Shown here: positions 40,237 through 48,860 of the stretch, one piece after another
Layout of the letters: each line of letters begins with the position of its first letter
Position numbering within the stretch: position 1 is the stretch's first letter
Source: an uncultured Nitrososphaerota archaeon
Lineage (GTDB): Archaea > Thermoproteota > Nitrososphaeria > Conexivisphaerales > DTJL01
Assembly: GCA_963842885.1 (NCBI GenBank)
Contig: CAWJIE010000005.1
Location: 320,001-384,000, forward strand
Direction: 5' to 3'
DNA: 64,000 nucleotides
Made by a program: the position numbers and the translations under genes
The notes under the pieces: generated by a model
What the model saw: the letters and a program-made list of their open reading frames with translations, nothing else
Databases searched by the model: none
What the model was told of the DNA's origin: nothing

Positions 40237-40548
40237 ATGGGACACGTTCGTCGCACCTGGAGGACGGGAACGAACCCCCTGAGGATCTACGAACTCCTCT
40301 CCTGGGACCTCAAGGACAGGATCTCCGATTGCAAGCAGAAGCGCCGGAAGGCCCTGGAGGTGCTCGTCGACCCGGACTCTCCCCAGCTGGCCAGGCTCAG
40401 GGCGGAGATGGTGGTCCAGGAGGAGACGACGACCATAGCGCAGCTGAAAGGCCAGAGGGCCCAGCTCAGGGTCGAGTACCTGGCCAAGAGGGACCACTTC
40501 CAGCCGAGCGTCGAAGTCCTGCAGCTCCCCGGGGGAGGCTGGCTCTGA
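40237..40548 (+). CDS. Hypothetical coiled-coil protein
   Basis: GAGGGG before ATG; helical heptads. Confidence 0.5.
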   Translation: MGHVRRTWRTGTNPLRIYELLSWDLKDRISDCKQKRRKALEVLVDPDSPQLARLRAEMVVQEETTTIAQLKGQRAQLRVEYLAKRDHFQPSVEVLQLPGGGWL

Positions 40549-40907
40549 TGGGGAGAGTCCCTTTCGTGGGGAGACATGGGGAGAGTTGGGCGCCCCTTGG
40601 TCAGGCGGGGAGAGGAGCCGGTCTCTCCCTGCCTGACGTCTTCTATCCTTCCTTGCCTTTGATCACCATCCCCATGGACGCATGCCACCCCTACCCACCA
40701 ACACCCACCACCATGCGCATGGTGATGAAACGAACAGACCATTCCGATTTCTTTTGGATATAACGCACCATGGCACCCACCATTTTCCGTTCCTACGTTA
40801 GGTTCGGAAATCAAGGCCGACAGCTGGGTACCCCCCCAACCTATAGTCAGTCCATGCTGTTGCTGTTGTTGTAGTCGGAGGCCCCTCATGGCGGACCCTC
40901 TCGTTGA

Positions 40908-41669
40908 TCAGGACTCTGGCCGCTTATGCATCGGAGGATTGAAGCCCCTAGCCTGAGGCGTCACCCCGGCGGCTTCCCAGGCCTCGAGGACCCTGGGCCG
41001 GACCTTGACAACGGCCTCCACGGTCCGTGGATTCATCCCCAAGTCCCTGGAGATTCGAGTGACCCCAAGGTGGGGGGGCCAGTAGGCCCTCAGCCAGATG
41101 GCCGTGACCCTCTGGTCGACGATGGCCAGGATCCCGTCCTCGGCTATCTTGAAGCCCCAGGGCGGACGGCCGAGATGCTTCCCTCTCCCCTTCAGGACGC
41201 CCATGCTCATCTTCGTCTTCTGGGCGATGTCCCGCCTGTAGAACTCGGCCCCAGCGGCCAGGTTGGTGAGGAGGAACCTCCCCTCCGGCGTGGCCAGATC
41301 GACGTTGGAGATGATCCCGAACTTCACAGGGACCCCTACTTTGGCGAGCTCATCCAGGATGGAGAGGGTGTCCTTGACGTCCCTGGAGAGGCGATTGTTG
41401 TTGTAGACCTGGACCATGTCAAACTTCGTCTTGGTCGTGTCCCTGGTCTTCGCCACAGGGTCCCAGCCAATCAGGGCGTCCCCCATCATCTTCTTCAGCA
41501 ACGGCCTTTCGCGATCCTTGCCGGAGCACCCGCGGTCAGCATAGAACCAAGTCCTCGTCCACCCCATCCGGTCCGCCCAGGCCTTGCAGTATTCCTTCTG
41601 TGCTTCGATGGAGATGCCCTCCTGGGCCTGTTCTTCGGTCGACACTCTCGCATAGCAGCATACCTTGAT
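40908..41669 (-). CDS. Serine recombinase, resolvase/invertase family (start uncertain)
   Basis: In-frame CYARVSTEEQ catalytic motif upstream of the tracked start; DRGCSGKDRERP, RLSR, GKHLGRPPWG, C-terminal HTH. Confidence 0.88.
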   Translation of the reverse strand: MKVCCYARVSTEEQAQEGISIEAQKEYCKAWADRMGWTRTWFYADRGCSGKDRERPLLKKMMGDALIGWDPVAKTRDTTKTKFDMVQVYNNNRLSRDVKDTLSILDELAKVGVPVKFGIISNVDLATPEGRFLLTNLAAGAEFYRRDIAQKTKMSMGVLKGRGKHLGRPPWGFKIAEDGILAIVDQRVTAIWLRAYWPPHLGVTRISRDLGMNPRTVEAVVKVRPRVLEAWEAAGVTPQARGFNPPMHKRPES

Positions 41670-41706
41670 CCGGTGGTCCTCGGTCGGGGGAGGCTGGGCC
41701 GGCGAC

Positions 41707-41991
41707 TCAGAACGCCTCTCTGCTCCGCCCGTCCGGGAACCGAATCACGTAGGCGTTCGTGATCTTCTTCAGCTGAGCCAGGTACTCCTCGACGGCCTTC
41801 TTCTCCGCTTCCTTGATGTCCTTGGCTTCGACCGCGACCTCCCTCAGCATCAGGACGCCACACTCATCTGGCCTGGTCTGCCCCCAGGGGACTTGGCGGA
41901 TATCCATGCCAACCCCCACCCTCCACGTTCCTATCGTTTCCTTCTTGGTGCTCATCACTTCCTGTAAATGAAGCAGAACCTTCTCGGTCAA
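41707..41991 (-). CDS. Hypothetical protein
   Basis: ORF directly upstream of the resolvase with plausible codon usage. Confidence 0.5.
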   Translation of the reverse strand: MTEKVLLHLQEVMSTKKETIGTWRVGVGMDIRQVPWGQTRPDECGVLMLREVAVEAKDIKEAEKKAVEEYLAQLKKITNAYVIRFPDGRSREAF

Positions 41992-42191
41992 TGAAGCAGT
42001 CAGTGGTCCCGGCCCCCTTTCTTTATTCCGCCATGTAGGGGCCGGAAAAAAAACGCGGAAGGGGGCCCTTGTTGTGCACCGAAGATGATTTCCTGGCCTT
42101 AGGGCGAGCGGCCGGACTCCCTGATACTTAATGAAAGAAGAAGTAAAGAGAGGATTATATCAAGCTCGACGATTTCAACGAATGAGAAGCC

Positions 42192-42437
42192 ATGACGAAG
42201 CCAAAGAAGGAGAAGAAGGCTGGCAGCACCCAGGAAGACAGCCTCCTCTATTCGATCGTCGCTGCGGCCGTTTCCTTCCTGGCCTACACGATGACCTCCT
42301 TCCTGTCCGTCCTGAAGCCGACTCTCGATCTCGTCTCCCCCTACCTGAACACCGTAGGGCTCCAGGGGGCGCCTGCCGAGGGCGTGGTCCTGGCTGCGGT
42401 CGTCGGGGTCGTCGTGTATCTCGTCCTGAGCTCCTAG
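42192..42437 (+). CDS. Small two-helix hydrophobic protein (81 aa)
   Basis: Basic N-terminus then two hydrophobic helices. Confidence 0.6.
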   Translation: MTKPKKEKKAGSTQEDSLLYSIVAAAVSFLAYTMTSFLSVLKPTLDLVSPYLNTVGLQGAPAEGVVLAAVVGVVVYLVLSS

Positions 42438-42448
42438 AGGTCTTTCTT

Positions 42449-42625
42449 TTGAGGACGCTCCTGGAGGATCACCCGGTCCGAGGGGCGGTCCTGTTCGTAG
42501 CTGTAGGCACTTCTCTGACCATGGGAACCTTGGCCCTGGCCGCATCGGCCGGCCCGGCTGGCGTCTGCCTCCTCGCTCTCGCGGTACTCTGTGGCGCCGG
42601 CTGCTCCCTCGGCTGGAGATGCTAG
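42449..42625 (+). CDS. Small two-TM protein (58 aa)
   Basis: GAGG then TTG; MRTLLEDHPVRGAVLFVAVG...CLLALAVLCGAGCSLGWRC. Confidence 0.5.
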   Translation: MRTLLEDHPVRGAVLFVAVGTSLTMGTLALAASAGPAGVCLLALAVLCGAGCSLGWRC

Positions 42626-42819
42626 TCGTCCCTGAAGCGGATATCCTCAGCCTTGGAGTTCAGGGCCCTGGCGTGGAAGGCCAAGACCAGGCAGAAGACG
42701 AGAGCGCCGGGGGCCGCGAGCGTCCCCCTAACGAAAGGTGGAAGGACCATCACCAAGCCCAAGAGGTTCTCCGCCAAGCCCTGCAGCTTCAGCTTCCTAA
42801 TCATGTGTTCCCTATTCAA
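42622..42819 (-). CDS. Small two-TM protein (65 aa)
   Basis: LLGLVMVLPPF...LVFCLVLAF; overlaps upstream stop. Confidence 0.5.
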   Translation of the reverse strand: MNREHMIRKLKLQGLAENLLGLVMVLPPFVRGTLAAPGALVFCLVLAFHARALNSKAEDIRFRDD

Positions 42820-43390
42820 GGGCCAGGACCTCCTCGGCGGCCGTCAGTCCAAAGTCCTTAGCACAGAGGATCCTTCCCCCTCGGCCGAAGAAGGTCTCAG
42901 ACTCCTGCAGGGGGCGGCCGCAGGCTTCACACTTCTTGGAAGGTGGAGCTGGTAGTACTGCGGCGGTCCCCTCTGGCTGGCGGGTAGGCGAGTCGCCATG
43001 TGGGAAGTCCTCCGTTTCAGGGCCCCGCTCTGGCGCGGACAATACGGAAGGCGGCGCATCGACCGTCTCATGGCTTTCCGGGGGAGGCTCTTGCGATATG
43101 GCGATGTCCTCCCCCAGGGCGCCCGTCATCCTTTGGTACCAGGTCGCGCTTCGCTCCTCCTTGGCTATGGCTTCCTTGAGGAGACTGGCATCGAAGACGA
43201 TGACCATCGTCCCGTGGGCCTTCCTCTTCTTGAGACCGGCCCGCTTCAGGACGAAGCCGGCGTTCTGGGCCGTCAGGACCGGGCTTCCTTTCTTGCCGGC
43301 CCTGTTGAAGCGGTCCACGATGGAGGAGATCCGGACGTCGACCTCTCCCTCCTCCTTCAGGACCTCCAGATAGGCCTCGAGGACGTTCAG
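42812..43390 (-). CDS. Winged-helix protein with C-terminal Zn-binding-like motif
   Basis: RISSIVDRFN...AGFVLKRAGLKKRK; KKCEACG...ILC; CTG start overlapping upstream TGA. Confidence 0.55.
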   Translation of the reverse strand: MNVLEAYLEVLKEEGEVDVRISSIVDRFNRAGKKGSPVLTAQNAGFVLKRAGLKKRKAHGTMVIVFDASLLKEAIAKEERSATWYQRMTGALGEDIAISQEPPPESHETVDAPPSVLSAPERGPETEDFPHGDSPTRQPEGTAAVLPAPPSKKCEACGRPLQESETFFGRGGRILCAKDFGLTAAEEVLALE

Positions 43391-44181
43391 GGCTCCTCGA
43401 CCTCCTTGGCCCTGTTGAGAGCCGCCAGGGCCATGTTGCCTCCTGCGACGCTCCCGATGGCGTCCTTGATCACCTCGTCGACCATGGTCCCTAGGCAGAC
43501 CGAGCTCTGCTCCCTCTTGAGGCGCAGCCGCAGCTCGTCGACCATCCACTCGAAGCCGTCCGATATGACCTCGTCGGCCATCTTGGAGAGGTGCTCTGGC
43601 CCCTCGAGGCAGCGCACGCATCGGCGGACCTCCTTCCCGAGCCTTGACGTCCAGAGGTAGGACGGCTGGGGAAGCGGGACATACCTGATCTTGCTGGAGA
43701 GAACCCTCAGCGCCTTCTTCGTATATTCGTCGTCTCCTCCCGTTCCTCCAAGCTTGGCGTAGTGCGTGTGACCAAGCGCCTCAAGGTACGGCCTGCTCTG
43801 CTCCTCTCTGGCCGCGAACCCCTGTTCAGGGTCGTCCTCTCGACCGGAGATCTTCACGCTGCATCTGTACCTCAGCTCGACGATCGTTCGGTTAGGGTCA
43901 GTCCCGAGGTTGTAGTCGATGATCGAGGGGAGGGCGTACTCCTGGCCGCCTCCAGGGATCGAGCGGCTGAAGGGGCTTCCCAGCCTCCCGTCCGCGAAGG
44001 GGGAGACCTCGAGCTCGACCCCGCACCGCGTGCAGGTGAAGCGGTTCGTGCTGGGGTCCAGGATCACGCCCGGGCGGAAGCAGCGGGGGCAGAACTTGTC
44101 GAGGGTGAGTTTTGATATTCCGTCACGCTTTTGGCCGTCCCCGTTCTGTTCCTGAGCGTGGCGCGAGCGGAGCCTGGCCAT
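43387..44181 (-). CDS. Divergent TFB/TFIIB-like protein
   Basis: CPRC-x16-CTRCG Zn ribbon, IIDYNLGTD linker-like motif, helical C-terminal region. Confidence 0.55.
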   Translation of the reverse strand: MARLRSRHAQEQNGDGQKRDGISKLTLDKFCPRCFRPGVILDPSTNRFTCTRCGVELEVSPFADGRLGSPFSRSIPGGGQEYALPSIIDYNLGTDPNRTIVELRYRCSVKISGREDDPEQGFAAREEQSRPYLEALGHTHYAKLGGTGGDDEYTKKALRVLSSKIRYVPLPQPSYLWTSRLGKEVRRCVRCLEGPEHLSKMADEVISDGFEWMVDELRLRLKREQSSVCLGTMVDEVIKDAIGSVAGGNMALAALNRAKEVEEP

Positions 44182-44584
44182 GGCCTGCCTTGATGGCGCC
44201 GGGGGATATCCCCAGGGCCTCCGCGTAGTCCTTGTTTGATAGCCCCGGGCATTCTCGCATCTTCCAGAAGAGCTTGATTAAAGTCGTCGGCGGCCTTCCC
44301 TTGGCCGTCAATACACCCATTGAAACGGCCTCGGGCTCAGCGGTCGGACGGAAATCCCCGCGTAGAGATTTCGTCATTTCGTGACTTTCCGTCGCCCGTG
44401 AAAGTGGAAGGGGCGCTGGACCTGGCAGCGCCATTTGACCGCCCTCGAGAGAGACCTTCGGGGCCTGGGGGAGCATGGTTTCGCGGCCCTCAACCTTGGG
44501 TTCTGAGACCGACTCGGGGCCATCCGGCTCCTCCGTCGGCAGGGGGAAGTCGGAGATCGGGGGCTTAGGCTGGACGACGCACAA
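44123..44584 (-). CDS. Pro-rich protein with HTH domain (probably frameshifted near 44190)
   Basis: PGLSNKDYAEALGISPGAIK(Q)AMARL HTH. Confidence 0.55.
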   Translation of the reverse strand: MCVVQPKPPISDFPLPTEEPDGPESVSEPKVEGRETMLPQAPKVSLEGGQMALPGPAPLPLSRATESHEMTKSLRGDFRPTAEPEAVSMGVLTAKGRPPTTLIKLFWKMRECPGLSNKDYAEALGISPGAIKAGHGQAPLAPRSGTERGRPKA

Positions 44585-44626
44585 GTCAGAGGACCCCCTC
44601 CTCGGTCCGCCATCCCGATGAGAGCT

Positions 44627-44812
44627 TCAAAGTCTCCCATCCTCGAAGAGCCTGGCCGTGATTGCCATGATGGTCAGGCAGAGGGCGAACGAAAGGACGA
44701 CCCAGCCAGACACGTCTCCCATCTTCAGGGCCCCGAAGGCTATGGCGAAGACGGGAAGGCTGAGAAGGCCCAGCATGTTGGAGTCCCTAAGCAGGAACCT
44801 CTCCAGCTTCAA
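44627..44812 (-). CDS. Small two-TM protein (61 aa)
   Basis: TTG overlapping upstream TGA; MLGLLSLPVFAIAFG...VVLSFALCLTIMAI. Confidence 0.5.
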   Translation of the reverse strand: MKLERFLLRDSNMLGLLSLPVFAIAFGALKMGDVSGWVVLSFALCLTIMAITARLFEDGRL

Positions 44813-45129
44813 GCCGAGCCCTCCTTGGTCAGCGGAACTTCGCGCTCCACCCCCGGGAAGCACCTCAGGTAGAAGTCCCGCTCCTTGGCCCTGAACTGAA
44901 GATAGAGCCAGTGGTAAAATCTCCTGGCCATCCAGAGGCAGTAGGCCACGTTCCAAGCCTGGGCGTACAGGAGGTCCTCGCAGTTGCCAAGGACGGCCCG
45001 GGTTTGCTGCCTCTCGTCTCCACTCGTCATGAGGAGGTAGGCGAAGTGTTCGGCGTCCTTGTCCAGGAGCCGGCAGGTCCTCGCGCGGTTGACGGCCCTG
45101 GCCTCCCACCTGATTCTGTCGAACTCCAT
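44809..45129 (-). CDS. Hypothetical protein
   Basis: GGGGAG upstream; part of coupled minus-strand operon. Confidence 0.5.
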   Translation of the reverse strand: MEFDRIRWEARAVNRARTCRLLDKDAEHFAYLLMTSGDERQQTRAVLGNCEDLLYAQAWNVAYCLWMARRFYHWLYLQFRAKERDFYLRCFPGVEREVPLTKEGSA

Positions 45130-45243
45130 CAGGCTCCCCCCATGGCGAGCTCGGCCTCACTGGCCAGCCCCAGGACGAACTTCTGAAGCTTCACCGCGTC
45201 GGGGTCCGGGGCGATCAAGGTGGAGAGCCCCCTCCCTCAGTCA

Positions 45244-45383
45244 GAGGCGATAGTGGCTTAGGTGGCGAATGTGGCGCAAAACTATAGACATGCAGTGACA
45301 TTGTCAAGTGGCCCCCCTGTCGTCGATATGCTTCTGTCCGTCCCGTTTTTCGCCACTTGCGCCACCTTCGCCTTCATCGCCAC
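45244..45383. repeat. Inverted arrays of 9-bp iterons (4+4), putative replication origin
   Basis: Plus: GAGGCGATA GTGGCTTAG GTGGCGAAT GTGGCGCAA; minus: GTGGCGAAA GTGGCGCAA AAGGCGAAG GTGGCGATG; central palindrome TGACATTGTCA. Confidence 0.7.
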
Positions 45384-46770
45384 CTCTCTGCTCTATGCTG
45401 ACCCCTAGTCGTCCTGCCAAGTCTTCAATGCCAGCCTTGGACACGGCGAAGAACCTGAACCCCAGCGGTGCCCTTCTTTCGCTTGTCAATCCCCATTCGA
45501 GTCAGGATGGAAGAGATCGCCTTTCCCCTGTAGTCGTGGGCGTACCTGGCGTTGACGGCGTCCGTAAGGGCCTTGATGGAGGCCCACTTCTCGCACGCTG
45601 GGTCCTCTCCCTCCTTGTAGAGGGGCGGAACCGTCTCCTGAAGGGCCTCGACGAGCTCAGCCTCTTCCGTGATGTTGACGCTCTCGACCCTCATGGTGCT
45701 CTCGTAGCCCTGGACATAAGCCTGGAGAATCTCGAGCTCCTCCTTGGTGCCAAAGATCTTGGTGAGGGCGAAGAGGGGACGGAAGATTTCCGAGAACCTT
45801 CCTGTGGCGAACCCCCTAATGTTGGTCCTCTCATACTCCGCCTGGACATCGAAGGCCAGCCTGAGCCTGAGGAGGTACATCGAGTCCCTGATCCCCTTGA
45901 AAGTGGCCGGATGAGGCTCGGGGTAGTCTTCCTTCACCTTTCGAGTGATGATTCGACCGCTCGCGAAAGCGTTATGCCCCCTATCTGCCGGGTGCTGTCG
46001 AGGAAGAGAGGGCCGTAGAGGTTGAAGTTACGGCGCACCTTCTTGCCCTGGCCATCGGAGTCGTAACGCGGGACTGAGACGTATTTCGAATAGGAGGCGT
46101 TCAGGAGGGTCATGAGCATGTGGTAAGCCGGGTGCTTCGGGTTCGCGAACTGCTCCGCCTCATCGATGAACATCGAACAGCGCTCCTCCTCCTTGATCCG
46201 GTAGATGCTGGCCTCGGTGGGGTCGGTCATAAGGTACCCGTGATACGAAGCGAAGAGAATCACCTTCAGGAGGCGCGTCTTGCCTGACTCGCTCACCCCG
46301 TAGATGAACACCAGGGGGAAGTGGTCGAAGACATCGTAGAAATACGTCCCCTCGATCAGGCGCTTGATCAGCACCAGGACGGCCGGGTCCTTGATGGCAT
46401 GGTGAACCTTGACCGCGGCCTCTATGGCTTGGTCGACTTCGCGAGGGTTGACCACGGCGCCCTCCTGCAGCATCTCAATGGTCCGCTTGTCCATGAGGAT
46501 CGTAGTAGTGTCCAGGCTGGGAAAGAGGCCGACCGTGCGGTACTTCCCAATCCTGTCAGTCTTGAGCCAGTCGACGACTTCGAACTTGGTTTCGTTGCCT
46601 TCCTTCATGACGGCCACAACGTAGGGCCTGTACTCAGGGCCCTCCTTCCCCTTGGCAGGCAGCCACACGCCTTCGGTGAGGGCTGTTCCGCAGAACCCGA
46701 AGGGCCCCAGCTTGGGCGGGACTTCAGCGGTCAGATCGACATCCGCAGGCAGGGAGAGGGCTTTACTCAA
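45304..46770 (-). CDS. Rep-like P-loop ATPase/helicase with C-terminal winged helix (two frameshifts)
   Basis: Walker A GVSESGKT, Walker B MFIDEAE, LLNASY, arginine-finger-like TLSRA; frames 45934-46770, 45425-45937 and 45304-45489 join. Confidence 0.75.
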
Positions 46771-47084
46771 GAGAGGACACCCCTTGTACGAAAGTGCTCA
46801 TCGGCCACGGCCCTGGTTTCGAAGCAAGTACGGGAGATGTCGCGCTCACGCCTCTCGGGAGTTGTGACCTTCAAGACGCTCTCTGTCCTGCGGTACATGC
46901 CTAGGATGGACGGCATCTGGAGCCTGGCCAGCTGGACGGCCCTGAAAGTGACTCCGAGCTCCTTCGCGACGATGTCAGGCTCAGGCTCCTCTGAGGAGAC
47001 CTCCGTCCTGCGGCCGTTGGACTTGAACCACCAACCTGCTTCCGTGTGGTACTCCTGGACAGCTCTCTCCGAAAGGGAACTCAT
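46767..47084 (-). CDS. Hypothetical protein
   Basis: ATGA/TTGA coupling to neighbours. Confidence 0.5.
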   Translation of the reverse strand: MSSLSERAVQEYHTEAGWWFKSNGRRTEVSSEEPEPDIVAKELGVTFRAVQLARLQMPSILGMYRRTESVLKVTTPERRERDISRTCFETRAVADEHFRTRGVLS

Positions 47085-47263
47085 GAGTCGATCTCCACGG
47101 TCAAATAGACGCGAAACGATGTGTCCTCTCTGTCCTTCATTACCCGAGAGGAGATCGCCCTGCCATCGAAGGCGCGGATGATGGTTTCCTTGGCGGCCTC
47201 GAGGACCTCCAGCGATGGCGAAGTGACCTTAACATTGGCGAGCTGTTTCATGATTACCACCAC
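47081..47263 (-). CDS. Small hypothetical protein
   Basis: Coupled ORF in element operon. Confidence 0.5.
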   Translation of the reverse strand: MVVIMKQLANVKVTSPSLEVLEAAKETIIRAFDGRAISSRVMKDREDTSFRVYLTVEIDS

Positions 47264-47371
47264 TGCCGCCGAGGGCGGCTTCTAACGCGTCGAGATCTCT
47301 AAGGGCCGTCGCCATCTGTGAGCTCAAGAGGTCCAGGAGCTCCGCCTCCGAAAGCTGCTCAAGGGGCTTCG

Positions 47372-47574
47372 TCAGCATCCGCCCCCTTGGCCGTTGAGGC
47401 CCAGGGCCTTCATGCGGTCCGCGTCCAGGTAGCCGAGGCGGGCCAGCTCGATCATCACGGCCCGCCTAAGGAAGAGCTCACCCCTTCCTTTCGAAGGTCG
47501 GCTACCTTCCTGATCAGGGCCGCATCTTCCTTGTTGAACCGGGCCCCGATTGATTCTTCCTGCTCGTCTTGCAT
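47372..47574 (-). CDS. Ribbon-helix-helix (CopG-like) regulator (frameshift near 47470)
   Basis: SIGARFNKEDAALIRKVADLRKEGVSS then RRAVMIELARLGYL in shifted frame. Confidence 0.7.
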
Positions 47575-47629
47575 ACTTCCAACTGGGTTGGAAAGACTAA
47601 TATACAAAGCGTATAGTAAATGACACCAG

Positions 47630-48481
47630 ATGTCACTAACCGACGGCGACGCCTTGGTTCTAAGCGAGATAATGAAATCGGGCAAGGAAGGCCGTACTTG
47701 GACTCAGCTGCTATCGCTGCGTTCTCCCCGAGCGTTGGCGCGGGCACTCTCTCACCTCCAGAAGCGAAGCCTAATTCATCGGGGTGCTGAGCGAAGGTAT
47801 TTCAGCGATGCCGGGTCTCCCGACGCCCTTCTTATGAACAGGGTCCGCGAATTCATCCCAACCGCCGGAGTCGAGTGGATTCACACGGCGCTGCTCCTGG
47901 CCGCCCCCAGCCTGCTCATGACCCCGCAGGGTAAACAAGCGCTGGAGTCCCTTAGAAGCAATCTCAAATTCTTCGAAGAGCTGGGGAGCGTCCGCCTGCA
48001 GCTCAGAGACCTGTATCTTGAAGCTAGGCTTTCACAATATTCAAAGGCGGACCACGCAGCGGTCGAAGGTTACATGAGAAAGCTGAACGAGTACTTCCTT
48101 CTGTCGACAATGCCGATTCCGAATCAGAAGGTCGCTACAATGCTGGCTTCGCGAACGCCATCCATGTTCGTCACCCTCGAAGACGAGGAATTCGGCATTG
48201 AGGACCTCATCAAGAACGCGCCCCCTCAGGATTGGGAGCGTCCCGAGTGGAAGATCAAGAGGATTGACGAACTGAAAAGAGAGCTCCATAGGAACAGCAG
48301 AGCCCGAAGGCTCTTCGCGAGAGGGCCCATCCTGGACGCAAAAGGAAGCACACCTGGCATGCTCCTTGTAATCCCAATCGAGGGGTTTGGAGGAGGGCTG
48401 CGCCTCCTCAGCCTCATAAACCAGAAACTGCCCCTTACTGTCACCAAAGGACAGCCGGCTGGAGCTCCAGCCGAGGCCTAA
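47630..48481 (+). CDS. Protein with N-terminal winged HTH, divergent from the RHH gene (putative repressor)
   Basis: GRTWTQLLSLRSPRALARALSHLQKRSLIHR...RRYF. Confidence 0.6.
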   Translation: MSLTDGDALVLSEIMKSGKEGRTWTQLLSLRSPRALARALSHLQKRSLIHRGAERRYFSDAGSPDALLMNRVREFIPTAGVEWIHTALLLAAPSLLMTPQGKQALESLRSNLKFFEELGSVRLQLRDLYLEARLSQYSKADHAAVEGYMRKLNEYFLLSTMPIPNQKVATMLASRTPSMFVTLEDEEFGIEDLIKNAPPQDWERPEWKIKRIDELKRELHRNSRARRLFARGPILDAKGSTPGMLLVIPIEGFGGGLRLLSLINQKLPLTVTKGQPAGAPAEA

Positions 48482-48546
48482 CATCTTAGGTTCATATCCC
48501 AATCCGAGCCCTTGAGCTCTCAATGGTTTCTAAGAGTTTAAGAACC

Positions 48547-48561
48547 TCAAGGCTTTAGCTT
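48547..48561 (+). repeat. attR core, 15 bp direct repeat TCAAGGCTTTAGCTT
   Basis: Identical to 37364-37378; contains the PadR stop codon. Confidence 0.85.
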
Positions 48562-48849
48562 CTCGGACGTGCTTTCTAGGTACGCGACGGCCATTCTCAG
48601 AGCCTCCGCGCCCTTCTCGGTGCAGAGGTAGATGGTCCGCCCCCCTTCGCTCCGGGACGTCACGAGCCCCTCATTCTTCAACCTGTACAGCACGGTGTAG
48701 AAGGTAATCCCTGCGGGCTCAAAGATGAACTTCTCTCTGAACCGCCTCTTCAGCCCGAGCGGATAGTCCGGCCTCTCCAGCAGCATCCTCAGGATGTAGA
48801 GCCAGAGGTTCTCCCTGGTGAGTTTGCGGACTAGGCGCTCGTAGGCCAA
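48547..48849 (-). CDS. PadR-family transcriptional regulator
   Basis: ENLWLYILRML, ITFYTVLYRLKNEGLV, YLCTEKG. Confidence 0.85.
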   Translation of the reverse strand: MAYERLVRKLTRENLWLYILRMLLERPDYPLGLKRRFREKFIFEPAGITFYTVLYRLKNEGLVTSRSEGGRTIYLCTEKGAEALRMAVAYLESTSEKLKP

Positions 48850-48860
48850 AGCGAGCCCCC

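Larger units (their letters stand above)
37364..48561. mobile_element. Integrated mobile element of about 11.2 kb (integrative plasmid, virus satellite or provirus)
   Basis: att direct repeats, integrase at the left end, Rep-like ATPase with iterons, many small ORFs and regulators, no housekeeping genes. Confidence 0.85.

Noticed and set aside
40908-41669. Serine recombinase as the IS607 TnpA that mobilises the tnpB elements
   Set aside because: It has an N-terminal catalytic domain and C-terminal HTH (resolvase order), sits inside another element, and serine recombinases do not create 8-9 bp TSDs.
45244-45383. Short repeats as a CRISPR array
   Set aside because: 9 bp tandem units without spacers; no CRISPR array or cas genes seen anywhere in the window.
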